Shown in pieces: positions 38,600 to 51,960 of a stretch of DNA of 64,000 nt (positions are counted from its first letter, which is position 1; every line of letters starts with the position of its first letter). The translations under genes and the position numbers were made by a program. A model generated the notes under the pieces. It searched no databases and was not told the origin of the DNA. It worked only from the letters and a program-made list of their open reading frames with translations. Where the stretch lies: NCBI GenBank assembly GCA_028534125.1, contig CM052832.1, positions 22,446,001 to 22,510,000 on the forward strand, given 5' to 3'. The DNA is from Lama glama. Lineage: Eukaryota.

Positions 38600-39815
38600 T
38601 ATCATTTTGTGTCTTTTTGCCTGCCTTGTCTAGAACATCACATTAAGGGAGTATACAGTCTCTTGTGTCTGGCTTCTTTCACTTAACATAAGCCTCTTGG
38701 GAACATTTATGCTATCGCTGAATAATATTTCATTGTATGGATATGCCACTATTAGTCTATCCTTTCATCACTTGATGGGTATTTGACTTCTTTCTGGGTT
38801 TTGACAATTACTAATACGAATGAAGCAGCTCTGAACTTGAGTACAAATCTTTGTATGGATACATTTTCTGTTCTCTTGGATAAGTACTTAGGAGTGGAAA
38901 TACTGGGCCATATTGTATGTGTGTATTTAAATTGACAAAAGGCTGACAATATATTTTCCAAAGTGGCAGCTCTATTTTGCATTCCCACAAGCAACGAGTA
39001 AGGGTGTAGTTGCTCCACATCTCACCAACACTTGGCCTTTTCTGCTTTTATAAATTTTTCTTTAGCCATTCTTGAGGGTAGCTAGTGGTTTTAATGAGTA
39101 TTTTTCTAATGACTAATGATGTTGAAAATTTTCATGTGCTTACATTGTCTTTGATATCTTTTGCCTTTTTATTGAATTACTTGCTTTTCTTGTGGAGTTA
39201 TAAGAATTTTTAATATAGTATGCATACAAGTCCTTTCTCAGATACAAGTTTTGCAAATATTTTCTCACAACCTGTAGCCTATTTTTTCATTTTCTTAACA
39301 GTACTTTTTGAAGAGCAAAATTTTAGCAAATGTTTTAAATGTTGATGAAGTCCATTCAATCAATTTTTTTTCTTTTTGAGTCCTACTTAAAAAATATTTG
39401 CCTAACTGAAGGTAAGATTTTATTCTATATTTTCTTCTGGAAGTTGGATAAATTTAGGTTTTATATTTGAATGTATAGTCCGTTTTTGAACTAATCTTTG
39501 GATGTGGTGTGAATTGTGTCAAGTTTTACTTTTTTTACATATGGATTGTCAACTTTTTCTTGCACCAGTATTGACAAGCAAAAAACCTGTTGGCCATAGA
39601 TGTATGAGTCTATTTCTGGATCCTTTATGCCATCCATTTAATTTTCTATGTTGACACCATAGCACACTTTCTTACTTACTGTAGCTGTTTCATAAGTCTT
39701 GAAATCAGGCCATGCTAGTTCTCTAACTTTGTGGGTTTTTTTTTATTTATTTTGGTTATTCTAGGTCCTTTGTATTTCTGTATGAATTTTACAATCAGTT
39801 TTTGAATTACATCAA
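38600..39815 (-). mobile_element. old L1 (L1MB/ME-like) 3' portion
   Basis: GTCTGGCTTCTTTCACTTAACATAA, TTGCATTCCCACAAGCAA, CTAATGACTAATGATGTTGAA, ATAAGTCTTGAAATCAGG. Confidence 0.8.
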
Positions 39816-42800
39816 AAAGGGATTTTTATCCAGAATAAATGAGGAACTCTGAGTATGTAATACACATTTTTGGCGTGGAGTGGAGATGGGATGGAATGGA
39901 GTTGGGACACATCTCTTTCAAGCTTATCCTCCGTTCCTTTGGCACTTCTGTCCTAGGTTGTTTGTGCAAATAACGATGCCCATTAAGTTAGAGGTCCTAG
40001 ACTATTTCAGATAATTCTTAAAACATTTAGAAGCGTGAATACTCTTTTGATGCTCAGTCCTAGATCCTGAAAGCAGTGCGGCATGTCAGGCCACAAGGCA
40101 GTCAGGATCCGGGTGTGTTACATAAAAAGTAGCAACTGAGCAGATGCTAGATCTAGGTCCTGCTAATCATTGCTGCAGCCAGAAATCAAAGGATTCTTTC
40201 TTGCACATGGTGTAGGAAGAACTACAGTTCTTGTAGCCACAGCTGGGATGTCCTCACAGCACTCATTATCAGCCTTGAGTGTATTGAAAGTGTTACAAAG
40301 TCCTGGCCATCATGCTGGCAGCTGTGGCACTGTCCTCTCTAAACTGAACCCTTTGTTCCTCAGTCCAGGGATATTGTTCCAAAACTTGAATCTATTTTTT
40401 TAATCCATCTTTTTTAGTGTTTCTCTCTTGTTGGATTCTTTTCCTACAGATAGAAGCTGCCAGTTTATTGAGATTTTCTTCTCTGCTTTGTTTAGAACGC
40501 ACACCATCAGGCATATATCATATCTGTGGATAAGACATTGGCAATGACAAGGCATTGAAATGATGATAGTCTGATTATCAAAACTCAAGCCCTTGAGATA
40601 GGACATCTGAGCTAATGCATTCCACATCAGCATCTCATTTGGTGATCAATGTAGTAATCAGAATCAGTGATGAGTGCATACTACGTACTTGTCAAAGTAA
40701 ACTTATTAAACATACATTAGTTCTAAATAAAATCTTGATTTGTCATTTGTTTTATTAATAGAAAACTTTACACCTGCTCTCAAATCTTCTAATCAAAATA
40801 TAGCTGCTTCTCAGACAGATTGAAGTCCAATGATCAGTCCAGTCCCTCTGTGTGTGTGGGAGAGAGGGTGTCAGCTCATCAGCATGCACCACTGGCCTGC
40901 CTTACTTTCAGAAAAACAAAGAGGAGAGCAGCTCTGGAGAGCAATTGATATTCCTGCACAGGTTGGAGTTGATATGCAAATAGCTAAACACAATGTTTCC
41001 ATTCTGAGGAAGCTATATAGAATCACACCAGCAGGGGTTTGATACTGTATTTCCTTCTGTTTTAGCTCTGTTATCATTTCAGAAGCTGTGAAACTAGGAA
41101 TCTCTAAGAGATGCATTAAGGGATTCAGAACCCCAGCAGAGAACTATGTAACAATTAGCAACCATAGAAAAAGAAGTAAACAATAAAGTATGTGCGGATA
41201 CAAGGAGGATATAACAAGATTGATTCCCAAATCTGGGGTGGTATTAGTTTAGTATGACTTTGTTACTCACTGTTATTAACATAGTACTTACCGACCTTTT
41301 TAGATAGTGTATAAAATGAACTGGTCTAGAGCTAATTAGGCAATCGTTTCTGTTTTTAATTAAGCTCTGTCTTAATATCTCCCCAGGGGTCTAATACACT
41401 AGAATCCATTTTGTGGGGAGGAGGGGTTAAGGCTACTTCTAAGGGTCCCTCATTAACATTTAAGTACAGAAAAAAATCCCTTCTTTCTGTAGCTCTCCTT
41501 GCTGGCAGATCTCTGCATTGGGTCTTAGAAGAGTTGAAGGACAATCAGGAGTGCGTAAACTCAGATTCAAGGTCTTCAACTGGCCAGTGCTAACAGTGCT
41601 ATCGGATGCCGCCTCCTCTCTGATGAGTGGTCAGCCCTCCTTCCTTTCTTCTTAGTCCATCACCACCTATTCTTCAGTAGGAGGCAGTCAGCCTCCCTGT
41701 CTTTAGGACCAGTCCCACCTTTAGAAAGGGAAGGTTCCATTATTTTGGAGTTAACAAACCTAACATTCACACTTGCTGTGAGTCTCACTCTGACCCAGAA
41801 CCCAGTTGTGGCAAGGGATTTCTGGTTAGTTCCAGGTGCCCCAGTCCCACCTTGCTAATCACTCCTATTATCACTTAGTAAGAGATGGGTCCCGGTAGCT
41901 CTATGATCCAGAAGTAGAATGTGATCTTAGGGAAAGGGAGGTGTAAAACATAGCAGGAAAAGAACACAGTCATTCACCAAGAATTCTCCTGCAGCCTTAT
42001 CCATGGGCATTCTGTGTCTAACATGCCTTCAACCCCAAGGAATGTATCTGATTCCAGGTCCTGACTTCCAGCTAGCATACTCATCCTGTAGGCAATCTAA
42101 CCTGCTTGTTAACTAAAGACAAAGCACATACCAGAGTCTGGCTTTCTATCTAGTGCTCATTCCAGTAGATTATACAGTATGGCCATCTGAACATAAACCC
42201 AGAGAGGACTTTCCTCTAGTTCCCAGGTATCTGCCTTTTAGCTCTTGGTCTTTTCTTACTTTGTTGAACCTGATGATGCAACAAAATGAAGTTTTGTTTA
42301 CTTACCTCAAGATATAAATGGTGGTAATCAGATGGTTGGTGTTGGTCTGTTCACCGGATGAGACACCAGTTCAGCCAGGAATGATTTATTTAGTGAGTTT
42401 GAGCTCAGTTTAGGAAATAGTGCCCCCAGCTTCTGCTATAACCTTAAATTAGCCATTGCTGTGTCAAAATTCACAAGGTTACCAGACCTTTTCAGAGAAA
42501 GAAACGTGGGCGTGGTAGAGGAGTGAGAAGAAGCTTGCTTGGTGAGGCTTTCCTTTTATTAGGAAAGAAAAGTCTGTAAGTTAGGTAGCTTGTGCAATTC
42601 CTTTGTGTTTGTGTATGTGAGAAGCTTTTGCAGACATTCTCTTAAGCTCAGTGGCTTGATTAGGATCTCATGGGCACTGGTCAGGTGGCTGACCTTGGCT
42701 TACAGGAGGCTAGAAAGCCGGTCTCCTGATTTGTGTCTTCCTGGTGGGAGACAGGCAAGAGGAAGGAGAGTTGGGGATGGTTGTTATGTCTACCACAAGT

Positions 42801-44229
42801 GATCTTCTCATTTCTCTGTCTACTCAGCCTTCAAGACAGGCCCTCTGAACTTTGAGCTCTTAATCATTCACTCTCCATATTTGCTCCCTTATGCTCTCGG
42901 CTGTATTTTTCTGTCATGCATTTTGTTCCTCTCTCCATCACTCAGGGGACAAAGTGCAAGTTCCAGATTGTAGCATCTGAGACCCTTTGTGGTGGCCCTT
43001 CATTCCAGCTACCTTAACTTCTGTTTCCTGAAAGGCACTGCTATTCTGTCACATGGGTTCCCTTACTGTTCTCTAAAAGCGGCATGCTGTCTTCAAACAC
43101 ATAACATTTCCCCATTAATCAAGATCATCTCAATCAATATCCCTTCTGGGAAGCTTTGCAAAGGTCATTCTTCTGATTAGTACTAATCACGCTGTGTCAT
43201 AATGGTTTTCTTATGTCCCAGCACACAAGGATTTCTTGGTCTAGTGGGACAGAGAGACTTGGAAACAGTGCCTGGCACAGGGTCAGCACCAGAAAAGTGT
43301 GCAATGAAGGAGGTTGAGAAGTTTGAGGAAAAGAACTATCTTTTAGTATTTCCTTGTTTCCCCCCACAACAGCCTAACACAGTTAATAATTAATAACCCA
43401 AGATAACTTGTGAAAACAAACTAATTTGATTAGTTGATTGACCAAATGAACAGAAAACATTTTTAAACCTTCTAATATCAATTGACATCGATACTGTTGT
43501 TAGCCCATCATTTTGGCAATTATATGAGTTACCAACTGCGCCATATAATACAGTGAACTTGGTAACTCTGTTCTGTTCTTTTCCGATCTCCTCTGCCAAG
43601 TATGTGCTCATGTGTGTTTGGGTGGCTTTATCGTCTTTGTTTTTCTTTCTTTACTTCTAATTTCCCCACCACTAATAATGGCTGTTCCACATTCCTCATT
43701 GCTTATCCGTTCATGTCTGATTAACGTTATCACCAGGTATAAGACTCGCCTCTGCCTTGGTGGAGCAGGGCAGTCTTTGTATCCCAAAGCTAGGATAAGT
43801 CTAAATATTCTGGCACAGAAGTCGTTTAACATTCACAGCACTGACCTCTGGCAAGCAGATTTCGTGTGCAGTGCCATGAAGCTTGATTAATCGAGGGATA
43901 AAGAATTATTTCTTTTCCCCACAGTAAATAACCTGAAGATAACTCAGTTCTCTCACATTTTCATTCTATTAAAAAATGATAATACTGAATTCACATCACT
44001 TAATACATACTAAAATAGATCTCAGAAAATTCTTTTGATTTTTTTTTTATCCTTTGCCACAGGATTTGAGCATCTATAGAGCATCTGTAGAAGTTGGCAG
44101 ACAGATTGAGCATCATATCGTCGTAGTGAGTCACCTGGCTTGCTGGGAGGTAAGAGTCTCTTCAATGTAAGAGGGACCACCTAAATCATGGCAGAAATGA
44201 AAATAAGTTATATCGTTAGATACATATTT

Positions 44230-44520
44230 ATTCTTTTTTATTGAGATATAATTGATATATAACCTTGTATTGGTTTTAGGTCTACAACATAATGATTTGA
44301 CATTTATATATTGCAAAATGATTACCACAATAAATCTAGTTAACATCCATCACCACCCATAGTTACATTTTATTTCTTCCTGGTGATGAGAGCTTTTAAG
44401 ATCTATTCTCTTAGCAACTTTCAAATATGTAATTGTTAACTGTAGTCACTATACTGTACATTACATCCCCAGGACTTACTTATAACTGGAAGTTTATGCA
44501 TGTTGATCACCTTTACCCAT
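44230..44520 (-). mobile_element. L1MA-like 3' end
   Basis: TTTATTGAGATATAATTGA...GATTACCACAATAAATCTAGTTAACATCCATCACC...ATCTATTCTCTTAGCAACTTTCAA. Confidence 0.8.
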
Positions 44521-44769
44521 TCTTATAGTCTCATCTTTATTTTCATATTCTTAATATTCATCCGTTTTATGTTTGGGCATCTTGGAAACACAAGCCTGTG
44601 AAGTGGGGCTCACTTAGGCAGGGCCACGTCAGGTAGTAAAAACAACAAGTAACCTCTTCTGCCTGTTGATTTCCTTTCGGCCATTTACAGAGCAAAACTG
44701 GGAAACAGGTGAAATTTTACTATCCTTATTTTTTCAGTAAACACTTATTTAGTGGTCACTGGAAAGAAC

Positions 44770-44990
44770 AAACCACATCCTCTGGGAATTAGTCAGATGT
44801 GGGACTGAAGCCATATACTGGTTACGTGACTTTGGAGAAGTTGTTGTAACTGTTTAAAACCTTGGTTCTTACCTCTGTAAAAAAGGACTGACAATCCTCA
44901 TGTCAAGGCTTGGTGGCTGGGGCACTCAAAGGTAAGCACTCAGTATACGGCGGCCATCACTGTTAGTATTATTACTATTGTTACTGTCTC
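44770..44990 (+). mobile_element. MIR SINE
   Basis: GTGACTTTGGAGAAGTT...CTTGGTTCTTACCTCTGTAAAA...GTAAGCACTCAGTA followed by a TATTATT tail. Confidence 0.55.
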
Positions 44991-47900
44991 TAACGAGCCT
45001 CCAGCGGTACGTGAGATAAGGCAGCGTCCTTGCTCAAAGGAGCACTTACTTTACTTGGGGTGGAGGACAGCAAACAACTAATTATACTACGAGGCAGCAT
45101 AATTTTAGGGCAATGATAAACGTATAAACAAAATGTTACAAGATTAGAAGATGGGTAAATTGGGACTTCATGGAGACAGAAAAAGCTCTGTGGTGAGGAA
45201 GAATCTGTGTTGAGCCTTCAGAAATGAGCAGGATCTTAATAGAGAACGGGGAAGGGGACTGACATCTATCACCCCAGCCTACTCTTCCTTCAGCCTGTGT
45301 GCCTGCAATGGTATCCACCTCATTCTTCCTCCTGTTGGTACCTCGTGCTTTCCTCAGAAAAGAACACAATATTCAGGTCTATAGGGGAAACACTCTCTAT
45401 TATTACGTTTGTGTGAAGTCTTAGGTGGAAGATCTGGATGGCTGTATGGTTATAAGGTAGTATTGACTTGGAAAGATCAGGGACCTACTGGATTTAAGTG
45501 AGAGCCAGTCACCTTGAAAGGAGTGTCTCAGGTTGGACAACCAGAAACCAGACAGTCAAATCCAGGGGAGGCTGCAAGACTAAGACTAAGGGAGGAGGTA
45601 CCCCATGTAAGTCTATCCATACCTTAATATAAAAATGTGTACACATGTTTTTCTTCTAGTGCTTCTTCCTGGTAACATTTCAAAATGAAAAGCTTTGCCC
45701 CATGTGAAAGGAATTTTAGGAATTCTTAGGCAAAAATTTCAGGGATGGGGATGAGGAGATGGTGACTGGGCCACTGGACTTAGAAGTTAGACATTTACTT
45801 GACCTAAGTATAAGTGGCTCTCCCATGGTGGGCGGAAGACCAGAAAGTCCAGTGTTTAAGTTGCTCAGCCTCATTGGATGAGCCATGATGAATGATACAC
45901 ACTAGATAATTTGCAAGTCTTCTCACAGCCTGTACCAGTAATACCCTGGCTGACATTGGTATCTCTAATCTCATCAGTGTTTAACTCTTCTTTGATTGGG
46001 TCAGTAAATGCAAAGTGAAAAAGAGAAATGAGGCAAAAATACTATCCAGCACAAATATACGAAGCTAACGTTGATTTTGGCCTAGATGATCCAGAGCATT
46101 GTCTCAGTTCTGTGTCTTGTTTAGCCCAATGGAAAAAAGCTGTTTCCTTAACAGGCAGTTAGGATTCAAGATGGAGCTAACCCTGGTCTGGAACTTGAAA
46201 TGTGGAAATCACGGATCCCTAGGGAGGAAAGTTGTGTTAAGATTCAACTTCCGTTTGACACATGTATATCTTGGTTTTATGGGGTGTGTTTGTGATGGTC
46301 ATCTTGCATGCAATGTGCACATAATCATTGTAAGTAACTAGACATAGGTGGTCTGCAGATGTTTGTGAGGGAAGCACTTCTATTTCTGTAAATGGTGCTA
46401 ATGGATATGTGACAAATCTAATGGGTTAGAGTTAGGAGGCCAACTGATTTGCAATTATGCATTCATTACTCTCCATGTGAAATAATCAGGAGTGCTGAGT
46501 GTCCTTGGGTCTTAATGCTTGTGTCACCAAGAACGCCGGTGAGACAGAGAAAAGGATGGTTCTGAGAGAAGAGTGACGTGAGACAAATATGTAGAAATAG
46601 TGTTGCTTTTACTGTTAGGAGTGCTGTCCACAGGTCTGCAAAAGCATTGACTCAACTCAACCCGACAATAGTTTCAGAAGCATTCTAATCTCTCAGAATT
46701 AGCATTAAGGACATTTGCCTCATGGTTAAATGTCTTGAGTTGGAATTTAGGTAAGTGTTAAAAGTTGGAGACTTTTCCGAGATCGATATAATGACTTTTT
46801 CAAGCCCATGGTTACCTGGTAGTCACTGCCCCTCATATACCAGGTTGGCGAACATTCTCTTCGGAGCTCAGTATTCTCTTTGCCTTCCTTTTCTCTTAGA
46901 ACACGCATGGACACTGTCAAAATCTTTCTCATTCTGTTATTCTATTTCATTATTAAGTCTGTTGGAAATAAAAATATGTCGTTGTTATTCTGGCCAACAC
47001 AACCGGTTCCACATCTTGATAGTTACTGAAATCTCTCATGCAGGAAGAGATGGATGCTGAATGCGTGCCTAACCCCATGTAATGAGAAATGTGTCTACGA
47101 ATTACATATCTGATGCACATCTCACAACCAACAGATTTTTTTTTTAAATCACATTTAAAAGAGAAAGAAATAACCCGTATTTTGGTCAGTGCTAAGAATA
47201 TGGAACTTTACTTATTTCTGCTGACTGCATTGTTTAAACTCTCTGCAAGAAATCCCTGCCCCTAGGAAATGCTTAATGCCCAGCATAGATGACATTGTAA
47301 AGGAAAAACTCACTACACTGACCCCTGCTGACTCTAATTGCAAAAAATGGTAGTATGATATTCAGTATTTCCATATCGTCCTCAGATAGTCACTGCTTCC
47401 TTTGTTAGGTAACAAACAAGGCAAATCTCTGGATACGTCTGTGAAGTTCTAGAAGGTTTTTCAGGATGATGCAAAGGTAGAGACAAACCCAGAGTTTGTA
47501 ATCAAGGAGAAGGAACAAAAAGAATGAACTGAATGAATGAGCTTGACTGAGTGCTCTTTGTAGTCAGGAAAGAGAAGCAGTTAAGCAATTAAGCTCTGAT
47601 TTCAGGCCAGCTTCTATGTCAAGTTCTTTTCATTCATTTCACATACTCTTGACTACAACCAGAAGACCAAGGCAAGAAGAGGTTAAACAACTTGTCTGAG
47701 GTCACACAGCTGACAAGAAGTGGATCATCCAATCTGTTGACTTCTTCACGGAGATCCAACTGCCCACCGAGATTTTAGTGACGGCATTTATTTAGTTGAT
47801 TTTGGGCAATATTCTGACAGCAACACAACACCGTTGACAGAGGTATGTTCAGGTAATGTTCTCTGATAACAACAAAAAGTCAATGAAGTTTTTGACTGAT

Positions 47901-49209
47901 TATATCTGCTAAACTGTTAGTATTGAGTGCCAGGGTTTACCCATCAAAGACATCACTGAGCATGTAATAGGAAAACTTCTCCAGCTGAGTAAAGCAGCAA
48001 ATGAAAATGGTCAACCTGGGAAGAGTGGTTTATTTCAGTGTGTTATGTTGGAAAGTCAAAAGTGCCAGCACGACCTGAGTGGGCTCCACCCGTTTGAATG
48101 TCTTTCTAGAACATCTGCCGATTACGGTATTTCAACTATTATTTCTCTCTAAGCAGTTGATGGTATAGTAATTGAAATACCCTTAGTAATTCTAGGCTAG
48201 TTTACTATTCTTTCACAGAGTTTTTCCTCTTTCTAGTTGACATTTCCTAATTAAAAATACTAGTGTGCAGTTTATATATAGCTTTTCATATTTACTCCGT
48301 AGCATATCTTACCGAGAATAGTATATTTTCAGCTAGGCCCTCCTCCATGTCTCTCATGTAAAATAAACAAAATCATATGAGGAAAAATATGCTTGGCTAT
48401 GTGATCATCTTCATTAATAAGGAGCCTCTCTGCTTCTGCGTGATTGAGATGCAACCCGTTTCTGCTGCACCTCTCATTACTCCCAGGAAACAGTCCCGGT
48501 TGTCTGAAGAGTCAACACCTTTTGACAGGCACCATCTGGTCAACCATTCATTAACTCCCACAATGCTGCTTGTGAGTTTGCCTCTCTCCCCGTGACCAGT
48601 GACACCGTTGAGAGCTGATGTGGCTTAAAGCAATATTGTTTCCCTGTTTGGATTACCCAAGCATCCCCAAGTGTGAGTCCTATAGGCAGTGTCCTACCTG
48701 AAATGTAGGTTTGCTACATAACTCAATGTAATGCTTAATGACATTTTGGAAATTTAAAGTTGATTATAAATATCAGAAGAATCAAAGTTTAAAGAGCAAA
48801 TAGATTAGAAAGCATGCAAGAATTTTGGTTTGGTTTGAGGATGGCAAACAATGTAGAAAATTACTCTTTGGGAGTAGATTTTTTGAGTGATGACTAGCAG
48901 AGAGTCATGAGTTAGACTCAGTTTTGGCTTACATCTGAAAACACCTTCTTCTGCTTTCTTTCTGCATTATTTTGTTATTCAATCAGTTTTCTTTGCTTCA
49001 TATCTTTATACTCAGAGGTCACACGGAACTTGAGAAAGAAGAGAGAATGGGAAGACAATGCAAGAATTTAAATAACAACATGTTGTCGAGTGTGTCTTAA
49101 CTTTGGTTTTGTCATTTGAGCGCGGAACAGAAGTCGCAGACAGCCCTACGAATCTCATGTAATTTCTAAAAGGCACAGTCTCTGTGAATATCAAGTAGAA
49201 TAAGCATAG

Positions 49210-49810
49210 GTACTTGTCCGTCGAGCATGTATTTTGAGTTATGTAATATTACAGATGATGGGATACCAAAATATAAGACAAGTTGCTCACAAGGAGCTGG
49301 CAGGTCAGTGGAGAGATGGACACAAAACCAAACCAAATGTGACAAACCATTAAGATTCCTGGAATCAAGGTCTGAGGAGCCCTGATGATATTACAGGAGT
49401 CCTACAGAGGGACAAGGCATGCTGGGCAGAGGGGCCAGCATGTAGAAAAACAGAAGTGAGAGATAATATGATCCTTTTAGAACCTTTAAGTCATGAAGAC
49501 AGGATAACAATTTCGGCAGAGGAACTAGCAAGATCTGACATATAAGAAGGGTCCTGTTCATGAACAGCTTTGATTGTCTTGAAAAGCCACTGGCTTCTAC
49601 CCTGCGGACAACGGGAAGGTGTCAGGGAGTTTTAAACAGGGGAATGAGCTCATCTGAAATAATGTGAAAGACTGTTGGGAGAGTTTTGAGAAATGATTAG
49701 TGGGGACTGAACCCAGATGTCAGACACTCACCAAGGAGTCTCGTACCTGCCAGAGATGCTCAGAAGGGAACTAGAATAGTGGCAGTGAAGGAAGAGAGGA
49801 GGGCAGCCAT
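49210..49810 (-). mobile_element. L2 fragment
   Basis: CTCACAAGGAGCTGGCAGGTCAGTGG...GGCAGAGGGGCCAGCATGTAGAAA...GGAGTTTTAAACAGGGGAATGA. Confidence 0.55.
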
Positions 49811-50219
49811 CGAATGGGTCTCAGTGGGGAACAGCAAGGCTTGTGGTCAGACGACCCCTCGTCAGGTACGTGTTCCATCCGATCCCAGGCTCGTATTTTT
49901 CTGGCTCATTTTTTTCCCCTTCTAGTTTTCCTATAGGGAAGATCTTCTTATTTATTTTGTAAGAGTTATTTGACCCATCATGAGTCTCACAAGGATTCTT
50001 CTGAAATTTTCTGATGCTAAGAACGTGGCCAATGACATCACATTTCTGGAGTAATTCTTCTCCCAAACTTTGAGCTCTGGGAGGATAGGAACCAGGCTGT
50101 CTTACCCTCTGTTGTATCCCGAGCACAGTGAGTGCCACGTAACAGATCTCAGGAACCTCTTGTTGAATGCATCAATGATAAATTCCGCAGGGCCGTGCAA
50201 ACAAGATGCTCTGGTAATC

Positions 50220-50450
50220 TTAATAATAAAAAACATTTGTTGAGTTCTTGTACATACCACGTACTGTGCTAAATGTACTTTGTGTGCATTATCTGATTTA
50301 ATTTTTATAGCAACCCTTTGTAGGTACTGTTTTTATTCCCATTTTGCAGATGAGGAAAATGAACCTTAGAAGTTATCCATCTAGTGAATGGCAAAGTCAT
50401 GGCTCTAGTCCTGGGTTATTTAAAGGCAAAAACCCATGCTCTAAACCATG
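50220..50450 (-). mobile_element. MIR SINE
   Basis: AATAATAAAAAACATTTGTTGAG...TTATTCCCATTTTGCAGATGAGGAAAATGA...TGCTCTAAACCA. Confidence 0.75.
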
Positions 50451-51104
50451 ATGTTGGATTTAATCACCCTTTGATAAGAATTCTGCCAAAAATGATAATT
50501 TAAATAAGTTAGTCCTTTCTCTCCTCCTTACACTTCCATGAAAGCATCCCTGGATTGTTCCACATTATTTCTCAATACATATACCTAGATTTTACAGCCA
50601 TGGATGCTACCTTCCCTCCCCTCTCCCATGCCTTCTCTCCTTCCACCTTAAATCATGTCATGTTGTCATGGTGTTGAAGTGAATGGGCTGCGGGGTTAGA
50701 TCCATGGGTCTCCATCTTATTGGAATGATGATCTCACACACTTTCCTCTGCAGCCCATCACTTGAGTGCAGTCCATGTCTTCATAGATGCCCCCACTTTA
50801 TCTCTTTAGCTCCCCTCCCACCATCCCTACAGGTGGATGGTGAGAGATGCGGGTATATGTAGCATTTGTAGGGAAAGTCAGGTAACAAGAGGTTCTAGCA
50901 GTGGTGAGGGTAGCCAGCAAGGAAGGTCAGCTCCTCGAGAGCAGGGACCAGGTTTTATTTTTCTGCCTTGTGCATCATCCAGTTCACTCCCTGGCATGCA
51001 GTGGCACTTGATAAACATTTGCTGATCTACTTAACTAGGTATGTATGTATGTGAGTCATCTTACAAGAAAACTCATTGCCCCCTTTTATTTTCTAAGCAG
51101 TATA

Positions 51105-51108
<4 letters not shown>

Positions 51109-51164
<56 letters not shown>
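51109..51164. repeat. compound (TC)14(AC)14 microsatellite
   Basis: Read directly from the sequence. Confidence 0.95.
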
Positions 51165-51167
<3 letters not shown>

Positions 51168-51439
51168 TTCTTAACATAGTAATGAGTATCAATACATTCG
51201 ACACAGATCTTTGAGCATTTTTGCCTTTCCCTTTTGTGATTTATCTCCTTCCTAATGAATCTATTCGTTATAAACAAGGTACCATTACAAAGACAGCCCT
51301 CTTACAAGTAGCAATGCAGGTATGGAGGCTTACTCACCTTTTTGGTCTTTGGTAAATAGCTGTACGTATCATGTAGGTCAACTATCTTTTCCTTTAAATA
51401 TGCCTCTTTCCTTCATTTACAGGCTAATAATGCAATATG

Positions 51440-51960
51440 CATTATTTTAATTGCAGAATTTTGTAATGTGCTCCAATTTTACAAGAAGAAAAACTTTTGA
51501 CAATAACTTGCACTCTGAATGCAAGAATGTCTCTTATTTGTGATATCAATTCCCCTTGTGCCTTGGACTTTGTTTTTTTCCATTTCACCTCCAAAATTAC
51601 ATTGAAAACATCTGCTAAGGACTTATTTAAACAGCCAGTTAATGCTTTATAAAGCTCAGAGGTGCGCCCATCTGTTCCAGGAGCCTTCTCTTTTCTCAAC
51701 GGCTGTATCATATTTTCTACCTGTCTGACAGCTGGTTTTGCCTCAAAACTCTTAATTTCTTTCCATCAGTGGTATAGCACCATACATTAAAGTTTGTAAC
51801 TGAATTTTTCCTCACCTTGCTTTGCTCTGAACCAATCTAAGAACAATCAAGTGATTTCCTTCTCTTTTAAAGTCTTACTTAAATCTTCCAATGTTGTCTT
51901 AGTTTTTAGAGCCGAGATGTCTTTCCTTCCATCTTCATAACCAAATGGAAGTCAAAATGT
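51440..51960 (-). mobile_element. ancient LINE ORF2 fossil (L1/Tx1 clade, pre-RT region)
   Basis: Minus frame reads …FRAKQGEEKFSY…FEAKPAVRQVENMIQPLRKEKAPGTDGRTSELYKALTGCLNKSLADVFNVILE, containing the K[AS]PGxDGxxxE[FL]Y motif, with in-frame stops upstream. Confidence 0.65.

Noticed and set aside
41081..41190. Exon-like segment (TTTCAG...GTATGT)
   Set aside because: Stop codons in all three frames and no other support.
51442..51711. 89-aa ORF as a domesticated RT gene
   Set aside because: In-frame stops upstream and no RT catalytic core; treated as a fossil.
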